Source of the DNA: a virus
IMG/VR virus record: IMGVR_UViG_3300020048_000014
Coordinates: 64,001 to 128,000 of that record
Direction: 5' to 3' (one strand)
Length of the DNA: 64,000 nt
The notes beneath the pieces were generated by a model, which saw nothing but the letters and a program-made list of their open reading frames with translations, made no database searches and was not told the DNA's origin. The first letter of the stretch is position 1. Each line of letters opens with the position of its first letter. Of this stretch, positions 47,808 to 57,047 are shown one piece after another. The position numbers and the translations under genes are program-made.

Positions 47808-48275
47808 TCAAATATTGGAAATAGACTCGTTTATACTGCGTTGATCTAAAGGTTCGCTAATCAATACCGTATCATAGTTGATATTAACTCGATAATTGTT
47901 TTTACACTTCTCACATTGAACCTCATTAGCTGTATTAGGAGTAAACAGCCCTTTGAAGGTGTTTCCGCCGCAAACACACGGCAATTCGACTAACTGAGTA
48001 TCGAAAATATCCTCATACTCTTTAATAACCTTCAAATGCTCTGTGGTCATTGTCTCATATTCATCAATTACTTCCAATAACCTTTGAGTTTCTTCATCTT
48101 CTTCAATATTTGGATCTTTAGTGATCAAATAAGTAAGAATTCCAGCGGGGATAGCGATTAATATGGGGAATAATTCAATAAATTTAAGCCCGAAGGCTCC
48201 AGAACTTGAGAATAAGGCGATTAATACGCCCCAACCACCAAAAATAATCGCACGTTTCTTCCAATTTGTTGTCAT
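47808..48275 (-). CDS. Membrane protein with C-terminal zinc-ribbon
   Basis: Two hydrophobic N-terminal helices; CVCGG...CEKC. Start moved to 48275 because the 48284 ATG overlaps the -10 box. Confidence 0.65.
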   Translation of the reverse strand: MTTNWKKRAIIFGGWGVLIALFSSSGAFGLKFIELFPILIAIPAGILTYLITKDPNIEEDEETQRLLEVIDEYETMTTEHLKVIKEYEDIFDTQLVELPCVCGGNTFKGLFTPNTANEVQCEKCKNNYRVNINYDTVLISEPLDQRSINESISNI

Positions 48276-48282
48276 CTGGGTC

Positions 48283-48310
48283 ATTTTAGCAGGATTTTGG
48301 AAGAAGTCAA
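48283..48310 (-). promoter_or_regulatory. Sigma70-type promoter TTGACT-N16-TAAAAT
   Basis: -35 at 48310-48305, -10 at 48288-48283, ATG 7 nt downstream. Confidence 0.6.
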
Positions 48311-48585
48311 TATCTAAATTCTTGATATTGGTACAGAGGAGCCTTTAAATGCTCTAACATATTTTTAAGATCTTCGTAATTATTCAAATTACTCGGATTT
48401 TTAAAATATTCTTCCTTGTGATGTTTATAATACGAGATAGTTCCCTCTAATTTGTGTTCGATGGCGTGACACACTTCTTGAATTTCTGCTTTCATCTTTT
48501 CAAGTTGGGGATTATATCCTGAATCATAGGATGATTTAAAATCTAGGGCTTCATAAATGTTAACTAAGTCTTCTTGAATTTTCAT
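48307..48585 (-). CDS. Small hypothetical protein
   Basis: Likely start MKIQEDL at 48585, just after the upstream stop. Confidence 0.6.
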   Translation of the reverse strand: MKIQEDLVNIYEALDFKSSYDSGYNPQLEKMKAEIQEVCHAIEHKLEGTISYYKHHKEEYFKNPSNLNNYEDLKNMLEHLKAPLYQYQEFRY

Positions 48586-48586
48586 A

Positions 48587-48982
48587 TTAATATAATTCCT
48601 CTTCCATCTGTTCGTCCTCAATATCGTCCATGACATGCTTGGCACCGATAGTATATTTCTCTAAAACATAATCAACATTTTGCATTAGGTATAAAACAAT
48701 CTTCTCAGTGTTCTTCTTAAGCTTAAGAAGTTCCTTCTTATGTTTAACGTCTTTAGTTTTTAAGATGTCTTCGATAGTTTTAGCTGCTTGCATCCCGGCA
48801 TCTACCATTTGACCATAGTAAGTAGGAAGATTTTGCATTTCATAAGGTAAAGCATTTGGACCATTATGGGTTTCACGCTCTTCTTTCTTATAATTCTTCA
48901 TTTGCGTTGAAGGATCACGATCATGATCGATATCAGGTGATGCAAATTTTGTTGAATAGGGAGATTCTCCTTTAGCTGGCAT
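48587..48982 (-). CDS. Hypothetical late protein
   Basis: 131 aa; TAAATA-N5-ATG. Confidence 0.7.
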   Translation of the reverse strand: MPAKGESPYSTKFASPDIDHDRDPSTQMKNYKKEERETHNGPNALPYEMQNLPTYYGQMVDAGMQAAKTIEDILKTKDVKHKKELLKLKKNTEKIVLYLMQNVDYVLEKYTIGAKHVMDDIEDEQMEEELY

Positions 48983-49016
48983 AGAATTATTTAATACATT
49001 TGACTAAATATACTAT

Positions 49017-49460
49017 ATGAGCAAATTCGCTAGAAATTTCATGACCGTCCTCAGAGAAGCCGATTCATCTGACCTAGAGCGTAAAGCTATGGAAGCATCT
49101 TTAGACGATGGGACCAATCCAGAAGACTTTGATGTTGATGTGACTCCCAACACAAATGCTGTAGTCGATCAACAATCGAAACAAATAGCAGATGCTTTGT
49201 CACAAAAAAATCAGAATATGATTAATGAAATTCAAAGCTGGATTGATACCACTCAAGAATTTTTAGCTTTTCTTAATAGTGAAGACCCAAATTCCATTCA
49301 ATCACGCCTTGCTGCTGCTGAACCTGATACCGTTATGGACAAAATGAAGCAATCCCAACAGACAAAGATCAGTCGGGTTGCTTCAGATTTAGCCTCTCTC
49401 CATCAAAACTTCTTAGGTTTCATGGCCCAGACATCAAACTCAAGATTTAAATATATTTAA
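49017..49460 (+). CDS. Hypothetical late protein
   Basis: 147 aa; TAAATA-N6-ATG; leader MSKFARNFMTVLRE. Confidence 0.75.
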   Translation: MSKFARNFMTVLREADSSDLERKAMEASLDDGTNPEDFDVDVTPNTNAVVDQQSKQIADALSQKNQNMINEIQSWIDTTQEFLAFLNSEDPNSIQSRLAAAEPDTVMDKMKQSQQTKISRVASDLASLHQNFLGFMAQTSNSRFKYI

Positions 49461-49473
49461 TTTTTGTTAATGA

Positions 49474-50559
49474 TCAACGAGTTATAGAAAATAACATTTT
49501 AAACTTCAAAACAGCACCTTTACCACAGGTGCTGTTTTTCTTTAGCCATTCTGGAGATATCTGATCTAATCCCTTATCCCCACATAATTCATTTAAATCT
49601 TTATATTTCTTACCCCACTTCTCAGGCCAAATGAAAACACATTCCCCGGATTGTAATAATGATAAAGTCTTCTCTCTAGATGTCTGATCTATCCATTGCG
49701 AGTCTAAAACCCATATCTTATCGAACAATTTTAGAGATTCCATTTGATCTTTCTGGGTCTTTGTCAAGGTAAATTCTTTAGCTTTATTGATCCCTGCTAC
49801 TCCTAGACCATTCTGAACAAAAAATGAATCTATTGGCCCTTCAAATAGAAATACAGAATCCAAATTCGGATTAATTTTATCAATACCGTATAGAGTCTTA
49901 TCGGCATTCAGCTTCGATAGATACACCGGGCGATCATCAGACTCAAATAGTCTGCGGGTCTGGAAGAACGCTATATCGCCTTCCTCGTCCTTGAAAGGTA
50001 TCACTAGACGGTCATCCTGAAACTTGTCTTTAAGGCTGATATAGAGGGCGTCGGGGCGGTTTATAGCAGTGTCTAGTCGCCTCTCCTTAAGATAATTCAA
50101 GGCATACTGAACTTTCCAGTTATCCTTGTAATAATTGACCTGATTTTGATCAAAAAGATTGATTGAATCAATTGGAAGAGTATCGACAATAAGCTTGGGT
50201 TCTTCTTCTTCGAAGAAAGAATCGATATATCCAAAATCACCTTCTTCTAAATCATTACACAACTCTTTATGTGTAATTCCTGATACTTCTCTTATCCAAT
50301 TATAAGTAGATAGATTAGAACCACAGTTGTAGCATGATATATTACCATCTACCGGACTATACCAACATCTTTTTTTTCTTCCCCAAGATGCGCCCTCCCT
50401 ACATATAGGGCAACATGAGTTATATTTGCCAGAAGCTTTGTTATGGGTGACTTTATACCCTAACTCATAAAACTTAGATGTTACGTAATCAGATGGGAGA
50501 TTAAAATCAAAGCTTTCCTTCTTTTTGGAATTTAGAAGTGGTAATTTTTTTAATCTCAT
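49474..50559 (-). CDS. gp61: DNA primase
   Basis: Zinc finger CPICREG...CYNCG, RLVIPF, TOPRIM FEGPIDSFF, DLNE. Confidence 0.92.
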   Translation of the reverse strand: MRLKKLPLLNSKKKESFDFNLPSDYVTSKFYELGYKVTHNKASGKYNSCCPICREGASWGRKKRCWYSPVDGNISCYNCGSNLSTYNWIREVSGITHKELCNDLEEGDFGYIDSFFEEEEPKLIVDTLPIDSINLFDQNQVNYYKDNWKVQYALNYLKERRLDTAINRPDALYISLKDKFQDDRLVIPFKDEEGDIAFFQTRRLFESDDRPVYLSKLNADKTLYGIDKINPNLDSVFLFEGPIDSFFVQNGLGVAGINKAKEFTLTKTQKDQMESLKLFDKIWVLDSQWIDQTSREKTLSLLQSGECVFIWPEKWGKKYKDLNELCGDKGLDQISPEWLKKNSTCGKGAVLKFKMLFSITR

Positions 50560-50788
50560 CTTTTTCTTGTTTAGTTGGTTGAACGGTTGCTAACTCAAGT
50601 ATAGCTGTTCTCACCCCAAAGTCAAAATCCTTTTTAGGAATCCATCGCGTTTCCATTTTGCCATCAAAAACATCACAAAAAGCGTATAAATTACCATGTT
50701 TTTTAACAAAAATCAAGGTATGACCTTTATAAACACCATCAATGACGCCATATGTTTCGCCAAAGTTTATATCTTTTTTCCAAAACAT
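50507..50788 (-). CDS. Hypothetical protein
   Basis: 93-aa ORF in the replication gene run. Confidence 0.65.
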   Translation of the reverse strand: MFWKKDINFGETYGVIDGVYKGHTLIFVKKHGNLYAFCDVFDGKMETRWIPKKDFDFGVRTAILELATVQPTKQEKDEIKKITTSKFQKEGKL

Positions 50789-50790
50789 AA

Positions 50791-51123
50791 TTATTCCATT
50801 CTACTCGACATAAATTTACTTATTTGCTCTAAAAAAAGATTATCAAGTGCAGATTTCTCTATTTTTTCTTTATAAATAGTCATATTAATAGGATCTCCAT
50901 TCAAATCGTATCCTATAATTTTATAACAAGTCAAAAACTCACCCAATACTGAAATCATTGCTTGATTTATTTGAATTTTATTCGGTTTTTTTCTTTTTTC
51001 TTTAATTTTAATAGTTAAAGCTTCTTTAAGGATATTGGTGACTTCTTCATCGCTGAATTCTTCTGGAATTTCTTCATCTTCATCCTTCATACAAATATTT
51101 AACTTTTTTTCTCGAAAGAACAA
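50791..51123 (-). CDS. Hypothetical protein (true start probably internal MKDEDEE)
   Basis: ORF in the replication gene run. Confidence 0.65.
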   Translation of the reverse strand: MFFREKKLNICMKDEDEEIPEEFSDEEVTNILKEALTIKIKEKRKKPNKIQINQAMISVLGEFLTCYKIIGYDLNGDPINMTIYKEKIEKSALDNLFLEQISKFMSSRME

Positions 51124-51434
51124 CCCTCTTGTTTCTGAGGTATTCCTTTCTCAATCAAAGTAGTCACAATAACTTCCATAGATTTGGTTTTAAGATTGAA
51201 GTTTTTAATAAACTTATTTCCACCATCATTAAATTCGAAAATTACTTCTCCTCTGAAGTCCTTGTTTTCATAACAAGTAATGATTAACGATGCCCCACCC
51301 GGATCGACCATGATAGACCATCTACGAGGATCAATAATGCCGTAATCTTTGAATAGACGTATAGTTACGAATCCTGAATCTCTCAGTCTTTTGATAAAAT
51401 AACTTCCAGTAGTGATTTTATTTTTATGTATCAT
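51099..51434 (-). CDS. Hypothetical protein
   Basis: 111 aa, coupled to the sliding clamp gene. Confidence 0.7.
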   Translation of the reverse strand: MIHKNKITTGSYFIKRLRDSGFVTIRLFKDYGIIDPRRWSIMVDPGGASLIITCYENKDFRGEVIFEFNDGGNKFIKNFNLKTKSMEVIVTTLIEKGIPQKQEGCSFEKKS

Positions 51435-52150
51435 TTGGTCAATGAACTAATAATATAGCAATTCTGTATTGTGTTAGAATCAATTGTAATCTTTCCGATT
51501 CCATTCTTAGATATCTCAAATTTAGCAATATCGGATTCACCAAAATCAATCAGTCGAACATTATCCAAATTCATGATGAATTCATCCATTTCGAAATCAA
51601 CTGGATCGCCAATGATTGTCAGCGTGTCGGTATTCTTCATCGTTCTATCCGCTAATGACCATATCAAGCAATCATCTTCAGTATAGACATATAATTTATT
51701 AGTATCCTTAAAAATACTACTATTTGTCAGTAATGACTTGATGAAGGACTTCTTAATTTCAAATTCATAATCGAATTTTAGTGCTTTAATCTTAGCTAGG
51801 GTAATCTTGGGCTTAGTAAGAATACCATCTTCGTATAGATGGTAAGTAAACTTAGCAATCTTAGATTTATAGTCGAGATTATTATGATTTAGCGTGAATG
51901 AAATATCAGGTGATCCGACCATATCCAAAAGCTTAGATAACTTGGTTAAAGAAGGGAGATTTAATGTAGTCTCTACGTCAAAATCTCCCTTCATTACTGA
52001 CCAAAGAAACATACTCCTATCGTCAGAAGCGGCGATGGAGTATGTTTCGTCAGACTTGATCTCTAAAATTGAAGTATCACTAATCTTTGAAAGACTTTTG
52101 AGGAATTGATTGAATTCCTTTGATTTTAGTTTCAAGTTTGATTGTTTCAT
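51431..52150 (-). CDS. gp45: Sliding clamp
   Basis: 239 aa with the alternating beta/alpha pattern of clamps (FLKSLSKI...LNLPSLTKL..LL...FTYHLYE...FEFEI); replication context. Confidence 0.7.
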   Translation of the reverse strand: MKQSNLKLKSKEFNQFLKSLSKISDTSILEIKSDETYSIAASDDRSMFLWSVMKGDFDVETTLNLPSLTKLSKLLDMVGSPDISFTLNHNNLDYKSKIAKFTYHLYEDGILTKPKITLAKIKALKFDYEFEIKKSFIKSLLTNSSIFKDTNKLYVYTEDDCLIWSLADRTMKNTDTLTIIGDPVDFEMDEFIMNLDNVRLIDFGESDIAKFEISKNGIGKITIDSNTIQNCYIISSLTK

Positions 52151-52589
52151 CTTTGTTCTTGGATTCTAGCAAAGAGATTAGCTTTTGCAAGAGCTTATTA
52201 TTCTTTTCCAACAATTCGTTAGTCTTCTTCTGTTCCGTTAAGCTAAAATCAAATTCTAGCTGTGGATCGAATTGGTTTACCGGATATGCTGGACTCGCTT
52301 CTGGGTAATATTGAGTCGCGGGAAGAGGAATATGGGTCGGTTGAGGCGGGGCAATATATTGCGGCGGGGGTTGAAAAGAAGGAGGGGATTGTGTCCTCAC
52401 TGCCCCTTGGACAATGTTCTCCAATCCCCTCTTCAACTGTTCAGTTCCCGATACAATAGCCCCATTACTGTCTTGGGGTCTGGTTCCCGTCATTCTGTCG
52501 ATCTCTTTCGATTCGGCATATAACGGTCCTGCAATACCCATCAACAATCCAATATCATTTGGATCTAGTGCTTCGTATGGTTCACTCAT
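52080..52589 (-). CDS. Hypothetical Pro/Gln-rich protein
   Basis: 169-aa ORF between gp32 and gp45. Confidence 0.65.
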   Translation of the reverse strand: MSEPYEALDPNDIGLLMGIAGPLYAESKEIDRMTGTRPQDSNGAIVSGTEQLKRGLENIVQGAVRTQSPPSFQPPPQYIAPPQPTHIPLPATQYYPEASPAYPVNQFDPQLEFDFSLTEQKKTNELLEKNNKLLQKLISLLESKNKDETIKLETKIKGIQSIPQKSFKD

Positions 52590-52595
52590 AATTAA

Positions 52596-53528
52596 TTAAT
52601 CTTCAATATCTAGTCCAGCGAGCAGTTCATCTACATCATCCTCTACAGGTGCTACCTTGACCTTTTTCGGCTCTACTTTTTGGACAGGCTTTTCGAATTG
52701 CATCGGAATATCATCGTCATCATCTTCTACTTCTGGCGCAGATGTTTTGCGCTCTGATAATTGCTTCTTAACTTCCTTTTTTTCTTCTGATTGACAGAAG
52801 AAATGATCGTCAAGAAGCTTATTGAGTTCTTCCTTAGTCTTAACTTGATAGATCGACTTCAGATCATGAACTTGTTCATATACCTTTTCGACTTCATCTT
52901 CATCTAGATTGAGCTTAGACTTACTAGTGAAATACGAACTCTTGAAAGTTGTGTATTCGCCCTGTTCTTCTGCTTTAATCTTGAGATCAGCACCTTCATT
53001 GGATAGATCGAAGATTGCTGCACCAAACTCTTCAGCACGATCACCAGTCATTGCATCATCAACCAATGATTTAATCTGGAATCCCATACGAAGGATCTGA
53101 ACTGTTCCATTTAGTTCTGGATTAGATGGATTATCTACCCATAGTGCATTAACAAGCCATTGCTCCTTGTTAGAAACTGGATTATCGAACTTTGCCTTCT
53201 TCCCATCAGGACCAAGAACTGGATTCGAATTTTGTTTCTTCCAATCTTGGAACAATTTCCAATATAGATTAGTGATTGGATCTTCCTCTCCAAATGTTTG
53301 GAGGGAAATAGCGGAGACATACTTGCCGCTAGAGCGACTTTGCCAACTGTTAATGAAGTGATGGAAGAACGTGTCATCAATATTATCGACATTTGGAATT
53401 AGTCGAATAGTATAGGTGTGTCCTGCTGGGAACTTCATGATATTGGCGAATGAACCGCCACCGTCTGTCTTTTTCAAAGAATCCTTGATCCTGTCAAACA
53501 TGGATGCTGAAAATTTAGTTTTTGCCAT
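52596..53528 (-). CDS. gp32: Single-stranded DNA binding protein
   Basis: TIRLIP, EEDPI, WLVNALWVDNPSNPELNG.V.I, IFD...GADLKIK, Y..S.F, acidic tail DELLAGLDIED. Confidence 0.9.
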   Translation of the reverse strand: MAKTKFSASMFDRIKDSLKKTDGGGSFANIMKFPAGHTYTIRLIPNVDNIDDTFFHHFINSWQSRSSGKYVSAISLQTFGEEDPITNLYWKLFQDWKKQNSNPVLGPDGKKAKFDNPVSNKEQWLVNALWVDNPSNPELNGTVQILRMGFQIKSLVDDAMTGDRAEEFGAAIFDLSNEGADLKIKAEEQGEYTTFKSSYFTSKSKLNLDEDEVEKVYEQVHDLKSIYQVKTKEELNKLLDDHFFCQSEEKKEVKKQLSERKTSAPEVEDDDDDIPMQFEKPVQKVEPKKVKVAPVEDDVDELLAGLDIED

Positions 53529-53595
53529 AATTTATTTTTATTCTGTTGTTTATTGTTAATTTACTTTTATTACTCGCTAGGAGATCTTTATTTAG

Positions 53596-54075
53596 TCAGA
53601 AGCGTGGTTTATAAGGACCAACACCTGTTGGACTTGGATTCTTTAATCGACTTTCTTCCAGTTCTTCTTCTGTGATATCATCAATTTTTTCACCTGAAAG
53701 TCTTCGAATATCAAAATCCACGCTTAAGGGAACCGTCCCAGTCTCTTTCAAGATCTGTGTGGATTGAAGAGAGACATGCACACACCCATTAATGTGGAGT
53801 CTTAGTGAAGTAATGTTGCCCTCGTATCCGCTTGCATTATCTTTAGCATACGATCCGAGAATGTCAACTGGGAGATACGGTGGAGTTACTATAACACCGC
53901 CCTCGACTGATGTATCTACAATCCAACGACCTTCGAGCGGTTCTCCATGTTTTGGACTAACTCCTCTGGGTTGAAAGTAATAATAGATGTTTTCGTTTTG
54001 CTCAACTTGCATGAGAGTAAGCATACCCTCCTGATTAGTTGATTTATCTTTAATAAGTGTTCCTAATTTTAGCAT
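53596..54075 (-). CDS. Hypothetical protein with internal duplication
   Basis: LGTLIKDKSTNQEG and LGSYAKDNASGYEG halves. Confidence 0.7.
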   Translation of the reverse strand: MLKLGTLIKDKSTNQEGMLTLMQVEQNENIYYYFQPRGVSPKHGEPLEGRWIVDTSVEGGVIVTPPYLPVDILGSYAKDNASGYEGNITSLRLHINGCVHVSLQSTQILKETGTVPLSVDFDIRRLSGEKIDDITEEELEESRLKNPSPTGVGPYKPRF

Positions 54076-54545
54076 AATATTGTTTCTAATTTTTCTTTAG
54101 CTTTCTTTCCAAAATTTTTCATTCTTTTTGAATTGTAAAACTTTTGCTTTGTCCTCTGATAATTTATGAAGAAGTTTGGTATCACGAATTCCAGTAACTC
54201 GGAGTCTATCACAGATTTGGATAATTGCAAGGCGTGAAGTGTGTGAAAATCAATCGAGTGTTTTTTGAGATGCGCCACCCAGCAGGGCAGGACTTCCTCA
54301 GAATATACCAGATACTCAGCGAATGTCAAATTCTTTTCTTTACAAAATTTAAAAACATACTTTAGTCCAGATTTTAAACGCTCGATTGATTCATCTTTAT
54401 CGGGATCGTCTAAAACTTGACTCTTAACATACTCGACATATAACTTGATAGCTTCCTTTTCTGGGATATCCCATGGGGGTATAGAAGCGAGGAAGTATTT
54501 CCGATTAATGTTGGGATACTTTTGAAATATATGTTTGAGTTGCAT
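54069..54545 (-). CDS. Hypothetical protein (possibly helicase-loader-like)
   Basis: 158-aa helical ORF next to gp32; functional call is context only. Confidence 0.5.
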   Translation of the reverse strand: MQLKHIFQKYPNINRKYFLASIPPWDIPEKEAIKLYVEYVKSQVLDDPDKDESIERLKSGLKYVFKFCKEKNLTFAEYLVYSEEVLPCWVAHLKKHSIDFHTLHALQLSKSVIDSELLEFVIPNFFINYQRTKQKFYNSKRMKNFGKKAKEKLETILC

Positions 54546-55077
54546 CTAATGTTTCAAAGAAATCTGGTGTAATTTTCAGCGGTTTCTCGAATCTCTCAAT
54601 TGTGGATATTATATCCTCGACAATTTTCACCTTGTCTTCTCTAGAGATATGATCCCTACCGTTTTTATAGCAAAACTGATCAACCCCAATGTAAATTTTC
54701 ACGAAAGGCTCTGCATAATCATAATCAAAATTGTTCGGTAATTCTACGATTCTAATAACATAAGAGTCATTATGATTACCATATTTTCCACCAATAGTAT
54801 AAGCCTTATTTTTCGATGTCCAATCCTTAACTGCGTCAATGGATTCGAATCTCTTCGTTGCAAATTCAAAAACACCAACAGTTTTATCTTTATAAATCAA
54901 ACCCACGGGACATTTATCATCCTTGACTCGAAACCCCAAATCTTTGAGTTCTTTAACCGTCAAATCTCTAACGGTTCCATTATCGGGAATTTCTCCGTCT
55001 TTAAACATCCATTCAGTTTTTCCGTTTAAAGGATCTACTATTTCGGTGACTACCATTTGTAATTGATTATTATTCAT
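54505..55077 (-). CDS. Hypothetical protein
   Basis: 190-aa ORF. Confidence 0.65.
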   Translation of the reverse strand: MNNNQLQMVVTEIVDPLNGKTEWMFKDGEIPDNGTVRDLTVKELKDLGFRVKDDKCPVGLIYKDKTVGVFEFATKRFESIDAVKDWTSKNKAYTIGGKYGNHNDSYVIRIVELPNNFDYDYAEPFVKIYIGVDQFCYKNGRDHISREDKVKIVEDIISTIERFEKPLKITPDFFETLDATQTYISKVSQH

Positions 55078-55117
55078 ATTTCGTATTATTTCTTTTTATT
55101 CTGACCATTGATTAGCA

Positions 55118-55366
55118 TCATGCAAACTTCATAGGTTGTTTTGCGATTGCTATAAATGCTGCGTGTATTGTTACCCACCCATCTGAATCTCTTTCTTGAT
55201 AAGTCACGGCCCCAATATGATTCTGTAAACCGGGACGATCTAGCATATTATCGATTTGGTCATAATAATTTTTTCCAAGTTGCCAAGAATCAAATGTGTC
55301 GAGGGACTCGATATACTCTCTGATGTCTTCGACCGAACCCGCAATCAAATCAAATTTTTGAATCAT
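55118..55366 (-). CDS. Small hypothetical protein
   Basis: 82-aa ORF. Confidence 0.6.
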   Translation of the reverse strand: MIQKFDLIAGSVEDIREYIESLDTFDSWQLGKNYYDQIDNMLDRPGLQNHIGAVTYQERDSDGWVTIHAAFIAIAKQPMKFA

Positions 55367-56219
55367 TTTTTCTTATTTTTTTTGCTATGTAATTCAATCT
55401 CGATTGTCTCATTTTTTCTCTAGTTTCAGAACTTATAACTCGATTTTTATTACATTGTATTAATTTGTCTATATGTTCAGGTGATAATTTCCTTCCTTTA
55501 CTAGCATTTCCAATTTTCTCTTTATGCTCGTCTGAAAGTTTTCTTCCTGTATTGGCCAATCTACACTTTTCTACATGTTCTTTAGATTTAGGCTTTCCTT
55601 TATTACCCATACTAATTTTTAGTTTAGCTTCTTCTGACATTTTCCTCCCCTTTTGAGCCAAACTCATTTTATTTCTAGTTTCTTCAGAAAATGGTTTTCT
55701 TGGTTTTCCCAGAGCCTTATTCAAGGCTTTTGTTTTATTAGTTTTTTCTATAGTTTCTCTAGAATGTGGTTTTCTTGGTTTCCCAGTTTTGGATTTTCTC
55801 ATTTTTTCCACATGTTCTTTAGATTTCGGTTTACCTTTACTTGCTAAACTCATTTTTAATTTTGTTTCATCTGAGAGAGGCACCCCGGTTCTGTCATTCG
55901 ACCATTTGCAAATATTGTAACCCCTTTTCATATCGGTAGACTCATATAAATTAATATAATATGATTCTCTGTCTAAAAGAGCGGAATTGTCTGTATTTTT
56001 ATCAAAATTCTCTAAAACTTCTAATATCTCAACATTGAAAGAATCCCATCCATGTTTTATTATGGAATGGTGTATAGGATGTTTTCCATTTAATTGTTTT
56101 TCACTATTTTTATGCTCATTTAGTCTTTTATACAAATTAATAGCTTTACCGATGTAAATTTTATTATTTATTTTAGAAATCAATTTATAAATTCCTGCTT
56201 TTTTTGGATGTTCTTCCAT
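55350..56219 (-). mobile_element. Free-standing GIY-YIG homing endonuclease with NUMOD3 repeats
   Basis: GIYKL...KIYIG, KRLNEH, DRESYYI, GYNI; repeated SDETKLKMSLA / SEETRNKMSLA / SRETREKMRQS. Confidence 0.9.
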
Positions 56220-56493
56220 TAATATATTTAGCAGACCTTGTGAATTTTGTGACGTATTTAGACTTACTAATGGAATTATCGAACGCTAAAAAGACTCGCA
56301 CCAATTCATAATCACTATCCAAGGATAGCATAGTCTTGGCAACATTTTTCAATTTTTTATCCTGTAAAGTTTGAACAAATACATTTTGGACAGAGAGTTT
56401 CTTTCCTTTCAAGTTCATTACGAATGTGCAGAAACAAAGGAAGAGATGTTCTGACTCGTTTTCTATGAGGTTGTGGCTGGGGTCAGTTGTCAT
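56185..56493 (-). CDS. Hypothetical protein
   Basis: 102-aa ORF coupled by ATGA overlap. Confidence 0.7.
   Translation of the reverse strand: MTTDPSHNLIENESEHLFLCFCTFVMNLKGKKLSVQNVFVQTLQDKKLKNVAKTMLSLDSDYELVRVFLAFDNSISKSKYVTKFTRSAKYINGRTSKKSRNL
56225..56230 (-). promoter_or_regulatory. Late-type promoter TAAATA (GIY-YIG gene), inside the upstream ORF
   Basis: 5 nt before ATG 56219. Confidence 0.65.
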
Positions 56494-57047
56494 ACTGTAT
56501 CATATTCTACGGTGTCCATCCAAAAAACTTTAGTATCTCTGGATTTTAAGTAATTGAATAAAGTATATGGATATCTTGCGTATAACCAATTATCAAAAAG
56601 GGCTATTGATGGATTCTTTCCTCTGATTGCATCTGAACTTATCACAAAAAATGGTTCCATCTGAGTCCAAACCTTTTTAGGATATTTTTCTCTGAAATTA
56701 ATCATATTTCTTTTATATATACCCACACAATATTTTCTATGATATTCTGAAAATGTAATATATGATACAGTTTCGTTCTTAAGTGATTTATATGCAGCTA
56801 AGGTAATTAAAAAAGTAGTTGTTCCAGTTTGCCTATTCATCGACATATGTTTATAATCTTTATTATACCAATCATAAAACATCTTTTGGTCTTTGCTTAT
56901 CGGAAAGCCATTAAATTTATGAAAAAATTCGTAAAAATCTTCTTCGTCCGATTTTATGATTTTAACTTCTTCCGCCTTCGCTTTGATGGTTGTCCCAATT
57001 AAAGCAATTGACGATAATAATCCTCCTATAAAATTTCTTCTCTTCAT
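56490..57047 (-). CDS. Hypothetical protein with twin-Arg-like leader and degenerate P-loop
   Basis: Likely start MKRRNFIGG at 57047; MNRQTGTTTFL resembles terminase Walker A. Confidence 0.6.
   Translation of the reverse strand: MKRRNFIGGLLSSIALIGTTIKAKAEEVKIIKSDEEDFYEFFHKFNGFPISKDQKMFYDWYNKDYKHMSMNRQTGTTTFLITLAAYKSLKNETVSYITFSEYHRKYCVGIYKRNMINFREKYPKKVWTQMEPFFVISSDAIRGKNPSIALFDNWLYARYPYTLFNYLKSRDTKVFWMDTVEYDTV

Noticed and set aside
54505-54545. Possible frameshift truncating the N-terminus of the 54069-54545 gene
   Set aside because: The 41-bp overlap is suggestive but cannot be judged without homologue alignment.
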